A stretch of DNA of 64,000 bases from Eledone cirrhosa. Lineage: Eukaryota. This document shows positions 1-12,789 of the stretch, one piece after another (the first letter of the stretch is position 1; every line of letters starts with the position of its first letter). The stretch covers positions 79,112,001-79,176,000 of the forward strand of contig OZ024741.1 of NCBI GenBank assembly GCA_964016885.1, given 5' to 3'. The position numbers and the translations under genes were made by a program. The notes below the pieces were generated by a model. That model did not search any database. It was given only the letters and a program-made list of their open reading frames with translations, and was not told the DNA's origin.

Positions 1-1506
1 TGGCATTATCACGCTGTAGACGAACCCAAATAAACAAACAAACAAACAGGCAGAAAAAAACTCCAAAAATGAATAAGCATAAGTTTCATTGTAATGTAGT
101 GTTTGAATGTCTGACTTAGTTTTTCCCTTCCCTTCTCTGTCCGTCCGTTTGCTTTTCTCTTCATTTTTATTTCCTTTACGTTTTTCGTTGTTGCTGTGCT
201 GCTTTGATTTTGATTTTTGTTTTTTTGATTTTGACCGGGTCATCAATTCAGTCTATTTATATATTTTGATGCCTTCCTCTTTTAGTGAGAATTCTACAAT
301 GTAGCAGGGGCTAGCGGGAGAGAATAGCAGCGGTAGTGACAATGAGGCAGCGGCGGCGGCGGCGATGGCGGTGCTGTGCCAGCAGCAACTAGCAGGAGAT
401 AGTGGGAGAGAGTAGCGGCGGTAGCGATAATGAGGCAGCGGCGGTGGCGATGTGGTCGTATTACTGTAGCGATGGTGTTGAAGATGGAGTAGAAATTTGA
501 GTCGACTTGACCAGAGTTTTCATCGTAGTAGTGGTGGTGGCACTGGTGGTGAAATTATCTTTAGTGAAATTATCATTAGTCGCGTATATGTGTTGACATA
601 TTTTCTTAATATTGGAATTAAACATTTTGTTAAAACTAAAACTTTATTTTTTTATTTTTTTTTATTTTGACCGAGTCATCAATTCAGTCTATTTATATAT
701 TTTGATGTTTTCCTCTTTTAGTGGGAATTCTACAATGTAGCAGGGGGTAGCGGGAGAGAATAGCGGCGGTAGTGATATTGAGGCAGCGGCGGCGGTGGTG
801 GCGGCGGTGCTGTGCTAGCAGCAACTAGCAGGAGGTAGTGGGAGAGAATAGCGGCAGTAGCGATAATGAGGCAGCGATGGTGGTGATGTGGTCGTATTAC
901 TGTAGTGACCGTGTTGAAGTTGGAGTAGAAATTTGAGTCGACTTGACCAGAGTTTTCATCGTAGTAGTGGTGGTGGTATTGGTGGTGAAATTATCTTTAG
1001 TGAAATTATCGTTAGTCACGTATATGTGTTGACATATATTTCCTTAATATTGGAATTAAACATTTTGTTAAAACTAAAACTTGAGGCAATAGTAATAGTA
1101 ATTATTATTATTATGCTGAGATTGGTGGTGGTGGTGGTGAAATTGCCGGTATCTGGCTGTTGTGTTTAGTGTACACAGAGGGGTGATGGGGTAGGTGGTG
1201 TATCTAGTTTCTGATGTTGGTGAAATTGCTGTTATTTGGCTGTTCTATATAGTGTAGACAGAGGGGGTTTTCTTCCATTTATAACCATTTTCTTTTATTA
1301 ATATAAAATGTATAATACAAAATTGAATATTTGAGCGATATAACAATATATTATGGATCCGAATTTTTTGGGACTCAAGCCGGGGATGTTTTATGCAACA
1401 TTTGTACTAAGAATTGTTATTTCACAATTGATTTAAATATGTTAAAAAATCAAAACTTACGGGAGCGATTTCTCGACCTTCTATCCACCATGTGTGTCAT
1501 CTTCCC

Positions 1507-1509
<3 letters not shown>
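1..1509 (-). mobile_element. 5' leader of an R4/Dong-type family B element whose coding region lies left of the window
   Basis: Both ends and internal blocks are homologous to 16349-17607, which runs directly into the family B ORF (tggcattatcacgctgtagacgaac vs tggcaccatcacgctgaagacgaac; ctatccaccatgtgtgtcatcttcccttatt vs ctatccaccatatgcgtatcttcccttatt). It abuts (TAT)n. Confidence 0.6.
228..1082. repeat. Imperfect tandem duplication of about 430 bp (about 228-643 and 666-1082)
   Basis: ttttgaccgRgtcatcaattcagtctatttatat ... cattttgttaaaactaaaactt occurs twice with scattered substitutions. Confidence 0.9.

Positions 1510-1572
<63 letters not shown>
1507..1572. repeat. (TAT)n microsatellite / retrotransposon target
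   Basis: Pure TAT run between two retroelements. Confidence 0.97.
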
Positions 1573-1573
<1 letters not shown>

Positions 1574-4358
1574 AGTTGCATTTATCTTGCTTTATGTTCA
1601 TACGAGTTATCACCAAGTCACAACCAGTGACCTCAAGAGACAACAATGGTCCGCCATGTTCAAGAAAGAACATACATACTCACACATGCATCTTTAGTGT
1701 TTAGGCTTGTGATGTACTTATATTGATAGAATCTTCCTTAGTATATGGGCAGTTCCCATTAGTACTATCTTTTGTATTTCTCCTATACGCGGGTTTCCTG
1801 GGATTTGCGATAAGTAATCATTAGACCCCTTAGGTATCATTCCCAGAGCGCCTACAACCACTGGTATTGTTTTAGTTCTCAATTTCCACATTTTTCCAAT
1901 TTCTATCTCTAGGTCTTTATATTTGCTCAATTTTTCAAATGTTTTTATAGATACATTCTTGTCTATTGGAACAGACATATCAATTAGCAGGCATACCCTC
2001 TTTTTAAAGTCCTTCAATATTATATCAGGTCTATTTGCATCTATTTTTCGGTCTGTTTGGATGCTAAAGTTCCACAAGATTGAGATGTGATCTTTTTCAA
2101 GTATGGGAGGTGGTTGATGCTCCCACCAATTCTTTTGATGGGGCAGGTCAAAATGCTTACACATTATCCAATGTATGTATTGTGCAGCTCTGTCATGCCT
2201 GTTTAGGTATTCGGTTGGAGCTATAGGACTGCACATTGAAATTATATGGTCAATGGTCTCTGGTTGTTTTTTGCATACACGGCATAATGGGCTGCATCCA
2301 TTTTTTATTATGTTGGCTTGGTAATTTTTTGTTGGCAGACACTGATCTTGTGCTGATATAATCAGTCCTTCAGTCTCTGATTTCAGTCCAGAGGATGCTA
2401 ACCACTGATGGGTTAAAGTTTTGTCAACATCAGGATTGTTAGCTCGCTCTGGGTATTTTCCATACAGAGGCTTTTCTTGCCATTTCTTAGCCAGTTTCTG
2501 TAGCAGTTCTTTCTTTGCAGTTACTTTTACCTGCTTTGCTTTTTCTGTGTTTTCCATTTCAGCAGTAAATGGGACTTCTGAAATTTGTAGTCCATTACTG
2601 TATCTTTGTGCATCTTTTGTAATGGAATATGATCTTTTGATGCTTTCGTGTTTCAAAACGAGTTTGATCATCCAATCATGTGATTCCCTTAGATATGTAG
2701 ATAATCCAATTGTTGCAGTTTTCAACGCAATATCTAACTGGATTAACTGCATTCTGTGCATGGTTAAGAATTTTCTAATTTTTGTATCGAGCCTACAGAT
2801 CTCTGTGCTTGACCAGTTGATGACATTGTAACTGTAGGTTACTACTGGTATGGCAAGCGTGTTTATGGCATCGATCCTATTCCTTGCATTCAATTCCGTT
2901 CTTAAGATTGCTCTTACTCTGCGGTAACATTCCTTCCTTATCCTTTCCCTCATTGTCGAGTGCTTGATTCCGTCTCCTTCACAAACACCTAGATATTTGT
3001 AAGTTTTTCCTTGATCAAGTTCTCTTATCACGTTCCCCCGATCCAGATTAATGTCTGAACTCTTCAGCAGCTTTCCTCTGGTGAACGTTGTTTTGGCGCA
3101 TTTATCTAGTCCAAACTCCATTTTAATGTCATCACTGAACTGCTCCACAGTGGATAATAGCCCTTGCAACTGTTCATCATTTTTTGCAAATAGTTTCAGG
3201 TCATCCATGTAGAATAAGTGATTAATGGTTTTGTCATAGACTTTATATCCATGTTTTGTTTCATTGAGCATTTTACTTAATGGTATAAGTGCGATGCAGA
3301 ATAAAAGCGGTGATAAAGAGTCACCTGAAAAATTCCACAATTAATATTAACTTCTCCAGCTTCCAGTGATTTTGTTTCACTATTCAAAAGGAGTGTCGTT
3401 TTCCATGTCTTCATACTGAATGACAAAAACCTCCTGACAACGGGGGATATTTTGAAAATCTCTAAACATTTTTCAATCCAACTGTGTGGCAAACTATCGA
3501 ATGCTTTTTTATAATCTATCCAATCAATCGATAGATTTTTGTGTCTATTATGACAATCTTCCAGTATCATTTTGTCAACCAAAAGCTGATCCTTACAGCC
3601 ATATGAGCCTCGTTTACACCCTTTCTGCTCAATGGGAAATAGGTCATTTATTATCAGGTGGTCATATGTATATTCAGTTAGGACTGATGTTAAAATGTTA
3701 TACATTGTGGTCAAGCAAGTTATCGGTCTGTAATTTTTGGGATTGTTTGTCTCATCATTCTTCGGAAGCAGGAATGTAATGCCGTTAACTAGCCATGATG
3801 GTATCTTTTCTGGCTCCTTAACTATTTCATTGAAAAGTTGGGCTAACAGTTCATGAGACTCTGTGAAGGCATTTATCCAAAAATTTTGTATTTTGTCTTT
3901 TCCTGGGGATTTCCATTTGCTGGTTTTTCTTAGAGCCAAGCGAAATTGTTCAACTGTTATATTTTCCCATATTTGTTCCTCAAGGTGAGCTGTATCTTTC
4001 ATTTGTCTGTCTATCCATGGGGCATGTATGTTATGAACTTTTTCTTCGGCCCAGATCTTTTCCCAGAATTCTTGCACTTCCTCCTTGGGTGGTATTGATT
4101 TAGCAGTTATTGTTGACTTACCAATTTTTCTGTAGAAGTTTCTTTGGTTGTTTTTGAACATATTATTGTCCTTATAGAATCTAGATCGTTTTTCAAAGCG
4201 CCTTATACGAGCAGCTTTGGCCGACACTTTTTGCTTGATTATTTTTATCAGCATGTCTATGTCACTTGTTGATTTTATACTGTACTTTCTTTTCAATTTT
4301 CTAAGTTTAGTTTGTTTAACATGTTCACCTACTTTATAGTTTGTTAACATTTCTATGT
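1573..4358 (-). mobile_element. R4/Dong-type non-LTR retrotransposon, family A copy 1, 5'-truncated
   Basis: RT followed by CCHC and a restriction-like endonuclease. The 3' UTR matches 18416-18561 and 63400-63644. (TAT)n on both sides. Confidence 0.9.
1718..4350 (-). pseudogene. RT + restriction-like endonuclease, frameshifted near 3330
   Basis: [83 protein letters not shown]-type motif. Confidence 0.92.
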
Positions 4359-4388
4359 CTTATTATTATTATTATTATTATTATTATT
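4359..4388. repeat. (TAT)n between head-to-head R4-A and Tx1 elements
   Basis: Direct reading. Confidence 0.95.
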
Positions 4389-4602
4389 GAATGCCATGGT
4401 TGACGGAGGCTCGGCTCTGTAAGGTATAGTAATTTTTAACCGTTAAAACAATTGTAAATTGTTTAAAACTTGAACCAAATTGTTGATAAAGATACCCTCC
4501 TCCTCGTGAGAGGGGTCTTTCTGTCCGTTATTTGGCCCTTCGGGGTTAAATAACCAGTTATTGGGGTTTTGTACCCAATATTCATTTTAAACAAAAAACA
4601 AC

Positions 4603-6706
4603 ATGGCTACGAAAAAGAAATTTCATACGTCACTCCCACTCATTCCGTCTTCTTCTTCCTCAATCATCACTACAGCACAGAGAAGATTGTCTCTCTCCCT
4701 CCCTTCTTTAAATGTGTCTCTCTCCCTCCCTTCTCTTTCGCAAGTGACGAAAGAAAAGAAAAGTCTCGTGCAAAGGGTGCAAGGTTTCTCCACGACGACG
4801 ACGACAGCGACGAAACAGGTGTGCGGGAAATACGAAAACCCAGTTCATTCGTCTGACGTCAGGAATAATAGCAGTAGCAGCCGTAATAACAACAGCAACA
4901 GTGACAATGAAAACAACAGTAGCAGCCGCAACAGCATCACCAGCAGCATAAACAACAACAGCATTAGCAGCAGCAACACCAACAACAACCACAGCAACAG
5001 CGGCGGAGGCAGTAGTCGTAGTACCTGCAGCAACAACAAAAGTACCAGCAGCTCTGACGACAACAACAACAGCAGCAGCAGAGAAAAACCAATCTCATTT
5101 GCAGGTATTGCGAAAAACTTGGAAACAATCCTCATAACAAATGAGGAATTAGAGGAAGCGAAGAAGATGGTGACAAAGAATGGACACCGAGCAATCTGCA
5201 AGGCAGCGGAAACATTTTTCGAAACCCAAGAGCACTGTACGGTCACGTACCGTACAGTAAGTACAAAATCCCGTAGGGTGGAAAGAGCCACAGAGGCCCA
5301 AATACAAAAAGCCTTGGGGTCTGTGTGGCAGCGGAAAACGCACATCACCCGAGGCAAAAAATATGCCACCGTAGACGTACTTTTTGCCACACCCCAGGAG
5401 GCAAAGGCCCAATCAGTAGTGACCCTAAGGAGCGAGGAAATGGTGTTGGTGCCCTCCTACTGCGGGCAAAAAATTGTGAGGGTCAAACTGACCGACGTCC
5501 CCCCCGGAATGGCCCCTTCTTGGCTGGCCGCGTCTGTCCTCGTCGGAATCGAGGACAAAACAACTGTACTGCAAGTACAGAAAAAAGTAAGAGAAGATTG
5601 GGTAGGCACCTCCATTGAGATGCTAATCCAAACCAACCAGGAGTGCATCGAAGCTATCCCGGATGTGATAGACTTCGATAATGGCACTCAACTGCCCATA
5701 AGTGTTGAGGACAAACGCCCGAAATACTTTCGCTGTGGATCGAAGACTCACCTCAGGGCCTTCTGCAACGAGAAGACCCTGAGAAAGGAGAAAACCCCCC
5801 TCCTTCCGAATCCGGCTCCACGGCTACCAGCAACAGGACAAGCGGCAACCAGGAACGATAGGTCCGTGGCACCCATACCCACTCCACGGAAATCAAAAAC
5901 AGCAGCAGCAGTGGAAATATTAACAACAACAACAGCAATACCAAATGCAGCTGCAACAGAGACTCCAGTGCAAACATCACCAACAACAACAGGTGAAAGA
6001 GTGGAGCTGGTACCCCTCCCCGACCTCACAGAATCAGGCATGGAGTGTGAGGTGGGAGAGGGATGGCAAAAGGTCGTAAGAAGGCACAAACGCAGAAGCA
6101 GCGCATCGTCGCCTTTGAAAAGGGAGGAAAGAAATGAGAAAAGGGTAAAGTCTACTGCAAAGAGACCCACAGCAGCAACACCACCAACACTATCACCACC
6201 CACACTAGCACCACCATCACCACCGGCGACAACCCCACCGCCAACAACACCTTCAACACCACCACCACAAGCACCAACATCGCAAACACAACAACAAAAC
6301 ACACACACCCAGCAACAACGACAAGAAAATAGCAGAACCACACCCCACCCACAGAAAAACAAATGCACGGCAATAAATACACACAACAAGAAACTAATGA
6401 CTTACATAATTGAACACACAGACATTTCACAACAGGACTACATAATACCAGCACCAATCAAAACGCCAACTAACATAAGACTGCTAAAAATAGCACAGAA
6501 ACAATACACAAACATTAAAACGAAATTCCCCAACGCAGTTGGTGATTTCAGGGACCTAGGAGGAACCATCAATCGAAGAATTATATTCAGACATTCTCTT
6601 AGAAGAGCCGACGACCAGCCGAAGGGACGATTCAACGGTCCCTTCACCAGACGATCAAGTGAAAAGGGATGTAAAAACCATCCCTCCTCTACCAAAAGTA
6701 CGGTAA
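4603..6706 (+). CDS. Tx1 ORF1: low-complexity N-terminus, RRM-like region, CCHC knuckle (YFRCGSKTHLRAFC), Pro/Thr-rich tail. Native stop inferred at 6704-6706
   Basis: Homologous to 55924-57912. Alignment with copy 2 (SSEKDGKAVLPLREVR*) shows one extra G near 6667, which explains the 996-aa read-through ORF in the track. Confidence 0.8.
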
Positions 6707-6741
6707 GTGGTCTTTCCCATCTTTTCCACTCTATTTTAAAC

Positions 6742-9700
6742 ATGACCTCACTCAGAATAGGCAGCATAAATGCGCGTGGCTTGGGGTCGTCATGGAAGCA
6801 GGGTCACCTGCTCAACGACCTCAGGTCACTAAACATAGATGTAGTGGCCATCAACGAGACCAGAATCTCCGAAGCACCGGCCTTCGCACCGATCTTCGGC
6901 GGCTACGATGTGTACGCATCTCCCAGCCGTCCTGGATCGGGTGGAGGAGTTGCTGTGCTTTTTCGGAGAGGTTTGGATCTCGCCATACGGGCCATCTTCC
7001 TGGACCCAGAGGGTAAGCTGGTGGTGCTGGACGTGACCAGCGGAGACGGGCAAGCTTTCAGGCTAGTGGCCGTCTATGCCCCGACAGGAGCAGGGCGGCC
7101 TGATTTCTTCCGGCGTCTGGAGACCTTTCTTGGAACGTCCCGCTCTTTATTGTTAGTGGGCGACTGGAACGGGATCTTAGATGCACGCTGGGACTGTGTG
7201 GGATTAGCGGATAGGGGTGGAGGGCGCAAGAGCCTCACCAACCTGCTCAGGCGTTTTGAACTGTCTGACAGGTACCGATTGGATTTCCCGAATGTGCCAA
7301 TGTGGACTTGGACAAATCGCATAGGGTCATCCAGATCATATCTAGATAGAGTATTTTGTAGGGAAATAGATAGGTCTAGCATAGGCTGTCCACAATTCAA
7401 GATAGTCAGCTACACGGACCACAAATTCGTGATCTGTGTGCTTGACTTAGATAGGCTTCATAGACGAGGACCCGGCTACTGGAAGCTAAACGCGTCCTTA
7501 CCAGCGCGCAAGGCCTACAGAGACCGGATTAGCGAACTAGTTAAGCGGGCGTTGACGGGGCCATCGTCAACAACAAGTGGTGGTTTGCTCTGAAAAGAGC
7601 GATTAGAATAGAATCGATTAGGTTTAGTAAGGCTTTAGCAATAGAGAAAAATAGAGCAGAGGGAGAACTAGTTAGAAAATTAGACGAGGCGCTTAGCAAA
7701 GGCATTGCGACCGACGTGCTTGCGGCGAAATGGGCCCTTGACCAATTCTTCAATGCAAAGCACGAAGGCTGCGTTGTCAGAGCAAGGGTGCGTGCTCTCA
7801 GACACGAGGGGACGAAAGCCGTTCAATGGGCCCGAGTGGCTGAGGCGCTTCGTGGCAACAAAGCCACGATGCGATCTTTGGTGGACCACGACGGGCCCAT
7901 GCTACTCGATCCCGGGCAAATGTGTGAAGCTTTTCAGCGACACTTCGCTCAGCTGTTCGGGGGCAGCGGTGGGCCGGGTAGAGGGATGGACTTTAGTGTC
8001 TACCTCGACGGACTGCCGCGGCTCTCGGCCACTGAGGCGAAGTGTTGCGAAAAGCCGATAACAGCCGCTGAAGTAAGGGAGGCAATGACTGGCTGCACAA
8101 GGGGTAAATCGCCTGGTTTGGATGGTCTGCCCTATGAACTTTACGTACAGATGCCAGACTTGTTCGGAGGCCTCTTGGCGGACGTCTACTGCAACTGGCA
8201 ACAGAACGGGAGAATTCCCAGTTCTGTGAGCCGAGGAGCGGTGGCGCTGCTGAGAAAGGATCCGAACAAGGGGGATCACATAGACAATTTCCGGCCCATA
8301 ACTCTGCTAAACACAGAGTTCAAGATTTTGGCCAAGGTGCTAGCAAAGAGGTTGGCGCTTGTCGTTGGTGGTCTGGTGGGAGAGGCGCAGACATGCGCCA
8401 TTCCCGACAGATCCATCCACGACAACCTCCACCTCATGCGATACATCGTAGAGAGGGTAGCTAAGGAACCTGGCACGGGTGGGTCCTTGATCAATTTAGA
8501 TCAGTCGAAAGCATTCGATAGGGTCGACCATCGTTACCTAGCGGCAGTCCTGAGGGCGGCTGGCTTTGGGCCCGTCTTCAGAGGCTGGATCGCTGCCATG
8601 CACAGCGACATCTGCTCTGTGGTGAGAGTGAACGGTCACCTGTCGGAACCGTTCAACATCATGCGCTCGGTCCGCCAAGGATGTCCCCTCTCGTCCCTCT
8701 TGTACGTATTGACTCTCGAGCCATTACTGCACAAACTGGAGACTTTGAGGGGAGTCCCGCGCGAACTAGGATGCGGAAGATCCGTGTCAGCATATGCGGA
8801 CGATGTCACCGTAGTGGTGTCGAACGCCAAACACATCGAGGCGATCGGCACTACACTAAGAGAATACGAAACGGTGACAGGAGCAATGATCAACCAGGAA
8901 AAGTCAGTGGGCCTGCAGCTCGGCACCTGGAGAGGCAGGTCCATGCCGTCCAACAGCGTCGTCGGACGCTGGACGGACCGGTTAAATTGCTAGGGGTCTG
9001 GTTCGGTCCGGACCTCCAGACGGACAAAAACTGGGACGAGGTGACGAGCAGGGTGGCTTCTCTCACCCAGAAATGGGCGGAGAGGAAGCTATCCCTGAAA
9101 GGTCGAGCGGAGGTGGCTAACGCGTACATCGCGTCATCTGCTACCGCCTGACCGTCGTACCTTGTCCTAAGCCTCGCCTGACTGCGCTGGAGCGTTTGCT
9201 CTTTCGCTTTTTGTGGAAGGGACGTGCTCCGATGGTCAGGCGGTCCATCTGTTGTCAACACCCGCTACGTGGAGGGCTGGGCATGCCGTGGCTGATGATG
9301 CGCAGGCACGCGCTCAGGCTACGACATCTCCACCTCTTCCTCGACGGTGATCAGGTGTGGTCGCCGTTTGCTAGGCGCGTATTTCCCCAGCTCGTTTCCT
9401 TGACGGAGCTGCAGTCCTGGGTCAAGCGAAGACCGAGAGGGAGCGCCTGGAGACTGGAATGTCTTCAGGCGCTCACAGCCCTCGACCAATCGGGCAATGT
9501 GATCGGTGGAAACTCCACCTCGGCGTTCTATAGAGGATTAGTGGAGGGGAAGAGCGACGACGTACTTGGGGAAACTCTAGGCGTCGACGAAAATCAACTA
9601 GCCAATCTCTTCGGAAGAACTTTCGGGCCGGGGCCTATGGACAACTTCCAGAAATCTCTGGCCTGGCAGTGCTACCGAGGAGCCTTGCCAGTTCGGGATA

Positions 9701-10152
9701 AACTCTACAGGCATGGAGGTGCCGTCAGCCGGGCATGTCCGAGATGCACGCAGGGCGACGAAACCGTCCTGCACGCACTAGTCCAGTGTCCGAAAATTGC
9801 TGACTTGTGGGTTTATGTCGAACACCTGCTGTCGCGTTTAGGACGGATCCAGCTATCATCTGAGTCCATCGTGAGGATTGCCCCGCCCTCCTCCTTTAGC
9901 CGGGAAGGGCAGGCAGTTTTTATCTGTCTGGTGGCCATGGCGAAAGAGATAGTATGGTGGACACGTTTGAAAGGGCTGAAGACGAGCACTTACCTCTTCG
10001 GTGATGCTCTGATTGACTTTTTCAAATTTCATTTGAAAAGGAAAATCAGAGTAGAGAGGGAAGTGCTCTCTTCCCAGCATTTTGTTGAAAGATGGGTGAG
10101 AGAAGCAAGAATGGCCCGAGTGAATGGGCCTACTCTGAGTATATATCTGTAA
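6742..10152 (+). pseudogene. Tx1 ORF2: APE endonuclease + RT + C-terminal Cys/His motif, frameshifted near 7560, 8975 and 9135
   Basis: IGSINARG, VAINET, VGDWN, SYLDRVF, YTDH; KSPGLDG, DQSKAFDRV, RQGCPLS, AYADD; CPRC..ETVLHALVQC. Confidence 0.93.
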
Positions 10153-10411
10153 ATTAAAGGTGGAAAACTGGGAGAGGGCACTTGCCTTGGTGGTCAGGGT
10201 CATTGTGGCTTTTTACTGGGCTTTCTCCACAAATGTCCCTCCGAAGTCTCCCCCCTATTAGGGAATTTTTCATTGTTATTTTCATTGTTATTTTTGTTAC
10301 ATCCTCTGTTTTTGTTTTTTACACGCAGAAATGCCCATTTGTACCGTCCTGCATTGTCCTGCACTGTCCTTAATGTCTACTTTATGTAAACCCTTGTGGT
10401 TAATAAAGAAA

Positions 10412-10412
<1 letters not shown>

Positions 10413-10443
<31 letters not shown>

Positions 10444-10450
10444 GTTGTTA
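10413..10450. repeat. (ATT)n shared by the Tx1 3' end and the R4-B 3' end (tail-to-tail)
   Basis: Direct reading. Confidence 0.93.
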
Positions 10451-12740
10451 TTCCTTGAATCTCAGTCATTGATGTTGGTTAACTGGAAAGTCCGTTGGAT
10501 TGAATATCAAGCCACTACCTGCAGCCTGAGATATTCAGGACGTATCGGAGGGTTCTTGCTGTTCCAAGCAAGCATGCCTTTTGAAGCGTTCCAAAAAGCG
10601 TGAAGGGGCCGATTTTCTTTAACCATCCCTGGAAACTTTTGGAGATAGTCCCCAGTGCGCCTATGACAATCGGGATCACTTTGACTTCATGGCAGTTCCA
10701 AATCCTTTTCACCTCCCACTTTAGGTCCTGGTATCAGTTAATTTTCTCCCTCTCCTTCTCTTGCACTCTCGTGTCGAACGGGCAGGCCACATCCACAATC
10801 AGACACGATATTTTTTCTTTGTCCACAACCACCAGGTCAGGTCTATTGTGTTCCAGTTTTTTGTCCGTCTGTATCCTAAAATCCCACAGCACCTTCACCT
10901 GATTGTTCTCCATCACCGCCTCTGGCCTATGCTCATACCATTTCTCAGAATGTGGTAAATTGTTTACTTTGCACAGGTGCCAGTGGATCACCCTGCCCAT
11001 CACATCGTGTCTCCAGCCCTTATAGTGGGTCTGGGCTAGGTGTTTACACTCGGACACAATGTGAGCCACAGTCTCCTCTCTCTCTCCACAGATCCTGCAC
11101 AGTGGGCTAGCCTCCTCCTTGTAGATATGGTGCTTGAACCACTTCGTTTTGAGGGCCTGCTCCTGCGCAGCCATTAGCATTCCTTCTGTAGCCTTTTTGA
11201 GGTCTCCTCTTCTCAACCAGTTCCATGTCTGTGGATCTCTAAATTCAGTTTTCTCAAAGAAGGTACTATGAAGGGATTTTCCCTTAAGGCTGCTCTTCCT
11301 CCTTGATGTTATTTCCTCCTTGGACATCCCCTGGCCTACTGTCCCCTCCTTCAGTACAGTTCTGAGCATTGGCTCCTTACTATAGGTCACGTATTTGTAT
11401 AGGTTGTTTTTCTCCATCTGAACACAGTCCTCTATGCTGATAAGACCTCTTCCACCCTCAGATCTCCTTAGGTAGAGTCTATCGACATCACTCCTCTTGT
11501 GGAACATGTTGTAGATAGTCAATAGCTTCCTAGTCTTCCTATCCATTTCTTTTTGTTCAGCAACATTCCATCTCAGAATTCCCGCACTGTACCTAATAAT
11601 AGACACAGCTCGGGAATTTACTGCGCTTATGGCATTTCTGCTGTTCAGATGTGACTTCAATACGCTCCTTACTCTCCGAATGTATTCAGTTCTTAACAAT
11701 TCCTTCATTTTTTGTTCTTTATGCCATCAGCCTCCAGAACGCCCAAATACTTGTATCCTTCCTCAGAGTCAATTTCCTTTATCATCTCACCTGTTGGTAT
11801 CTGGATCCCGTTACTTCTGCTCAACCTACCCCTCTTCATCACAATGACTCCACATTTACCAATACCAAACTGCATACATATATCACTGCTGAAAATACGG
11901 ACAGTGTCAACAAGCACATCCAACTCCTTCTCACTTTTCCCGAAGAGCTTAAGATCGTCCATGAAGAGGAGGTGATCGATGGTAAGCTCTCCCCTTCCCA
12001 ACTTGTATCCTGCTCTCACTTTTCGCAGCATAATGGTCAAGGGGATCAGGGCAAGGACAAACAGAGGGGACAGGCTATCTCCCTGGAAGATACCTCTCTT
12101 GATCTTCACGCTTCCCAAGGATACTCCAGTTGATGTCAACTCTGTCTCCCAGGACCCCATACTCCTGCCTAGCAACTGTCTGATGTTATCTGCCACCCTA
12201 AAGATCTCCAGGCTTTTGGTGATCCAGGAATGAGGCACCATGTCAAATGCCTTTCTGTAGTCTATCCATCCCATGGCAAGATCAGTGTGTCTCCTCCTGC
12301 AATTCCCCATTACCATCTTATCAATAAGTAACTGGTCCTTTGTACCACGTGACTTCTTTCAGCATCCTTTCTGTTCGTCCGGTAACAAGTTGTTTGTGTG
12401 GAGGTGATGGTAGATTTCCTCAGACACACTGCTCGTCAACAGTTTCCACATTACGGACAGACATGTGATAGGTCTATAGTTGGTAACATCATTACCCTTG
12501 ATTCGGTCTTTCATTATCAGAACTGTGGTACCTTTTGTCAACCACTCTGGCACCTCACCCGACACCAAGCAGTCATTGAACATGGCCGTCAGCTTCGGGT
12601 GGAGGGATGTTAAATGTTTAATCCAATACCCCTGCACACCATCTGGGCCTGGTGATTTCCAGTTGGTTAGTTTTTTGGCCTGCCCCTTAAGAGTTTCAAC
12701 TGTGATACTCAAATCAGTTTGTTGTTGTGCCTGCTCACCG
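10451..12740 (-). mobile_element. R4/Dong-type family B copy 1, 5'-truncated, with stops
   Basis: [65 protein letters not shown]. Confidence 0.9.

Positions 12741-12788
<48 letters not shown>
12741..12788. repeat. (ATT)n
   Basis: Direct reading. Confidence 0.95.

Positions 12789-12789
<1 letters not shown>

Larger units (their letters stand above)
4389..10412 (+). mobile_element. Full-length Tx1/L1-clade non-LTR retrotransposon, copy 1
   Basis: 5' UTR, ORF1, ORF2 (APE-RT-CCHC), and a 3' UTR ending ccttgtggttaataaagaaatc followed by (ATT)n. Confidence 0.92.

Noticed and set aside
4603-7593. The 996-aa ORF1-endonuclease fusion as a native genomic single ORF or programmed frameshift
   Set aside because: Copy 2 shows it arises from one extra G near 6667, and the spacer phase differs between copies (35 vs 34 nt), which argues against a conserved ribosomal frameshift.
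7074-10203. Antisense and alternative-frame ORFs repeated in all Tx1 copies
   Set aside because: Expected shadows of GC-rich coding sequence shared by near-identical copies.
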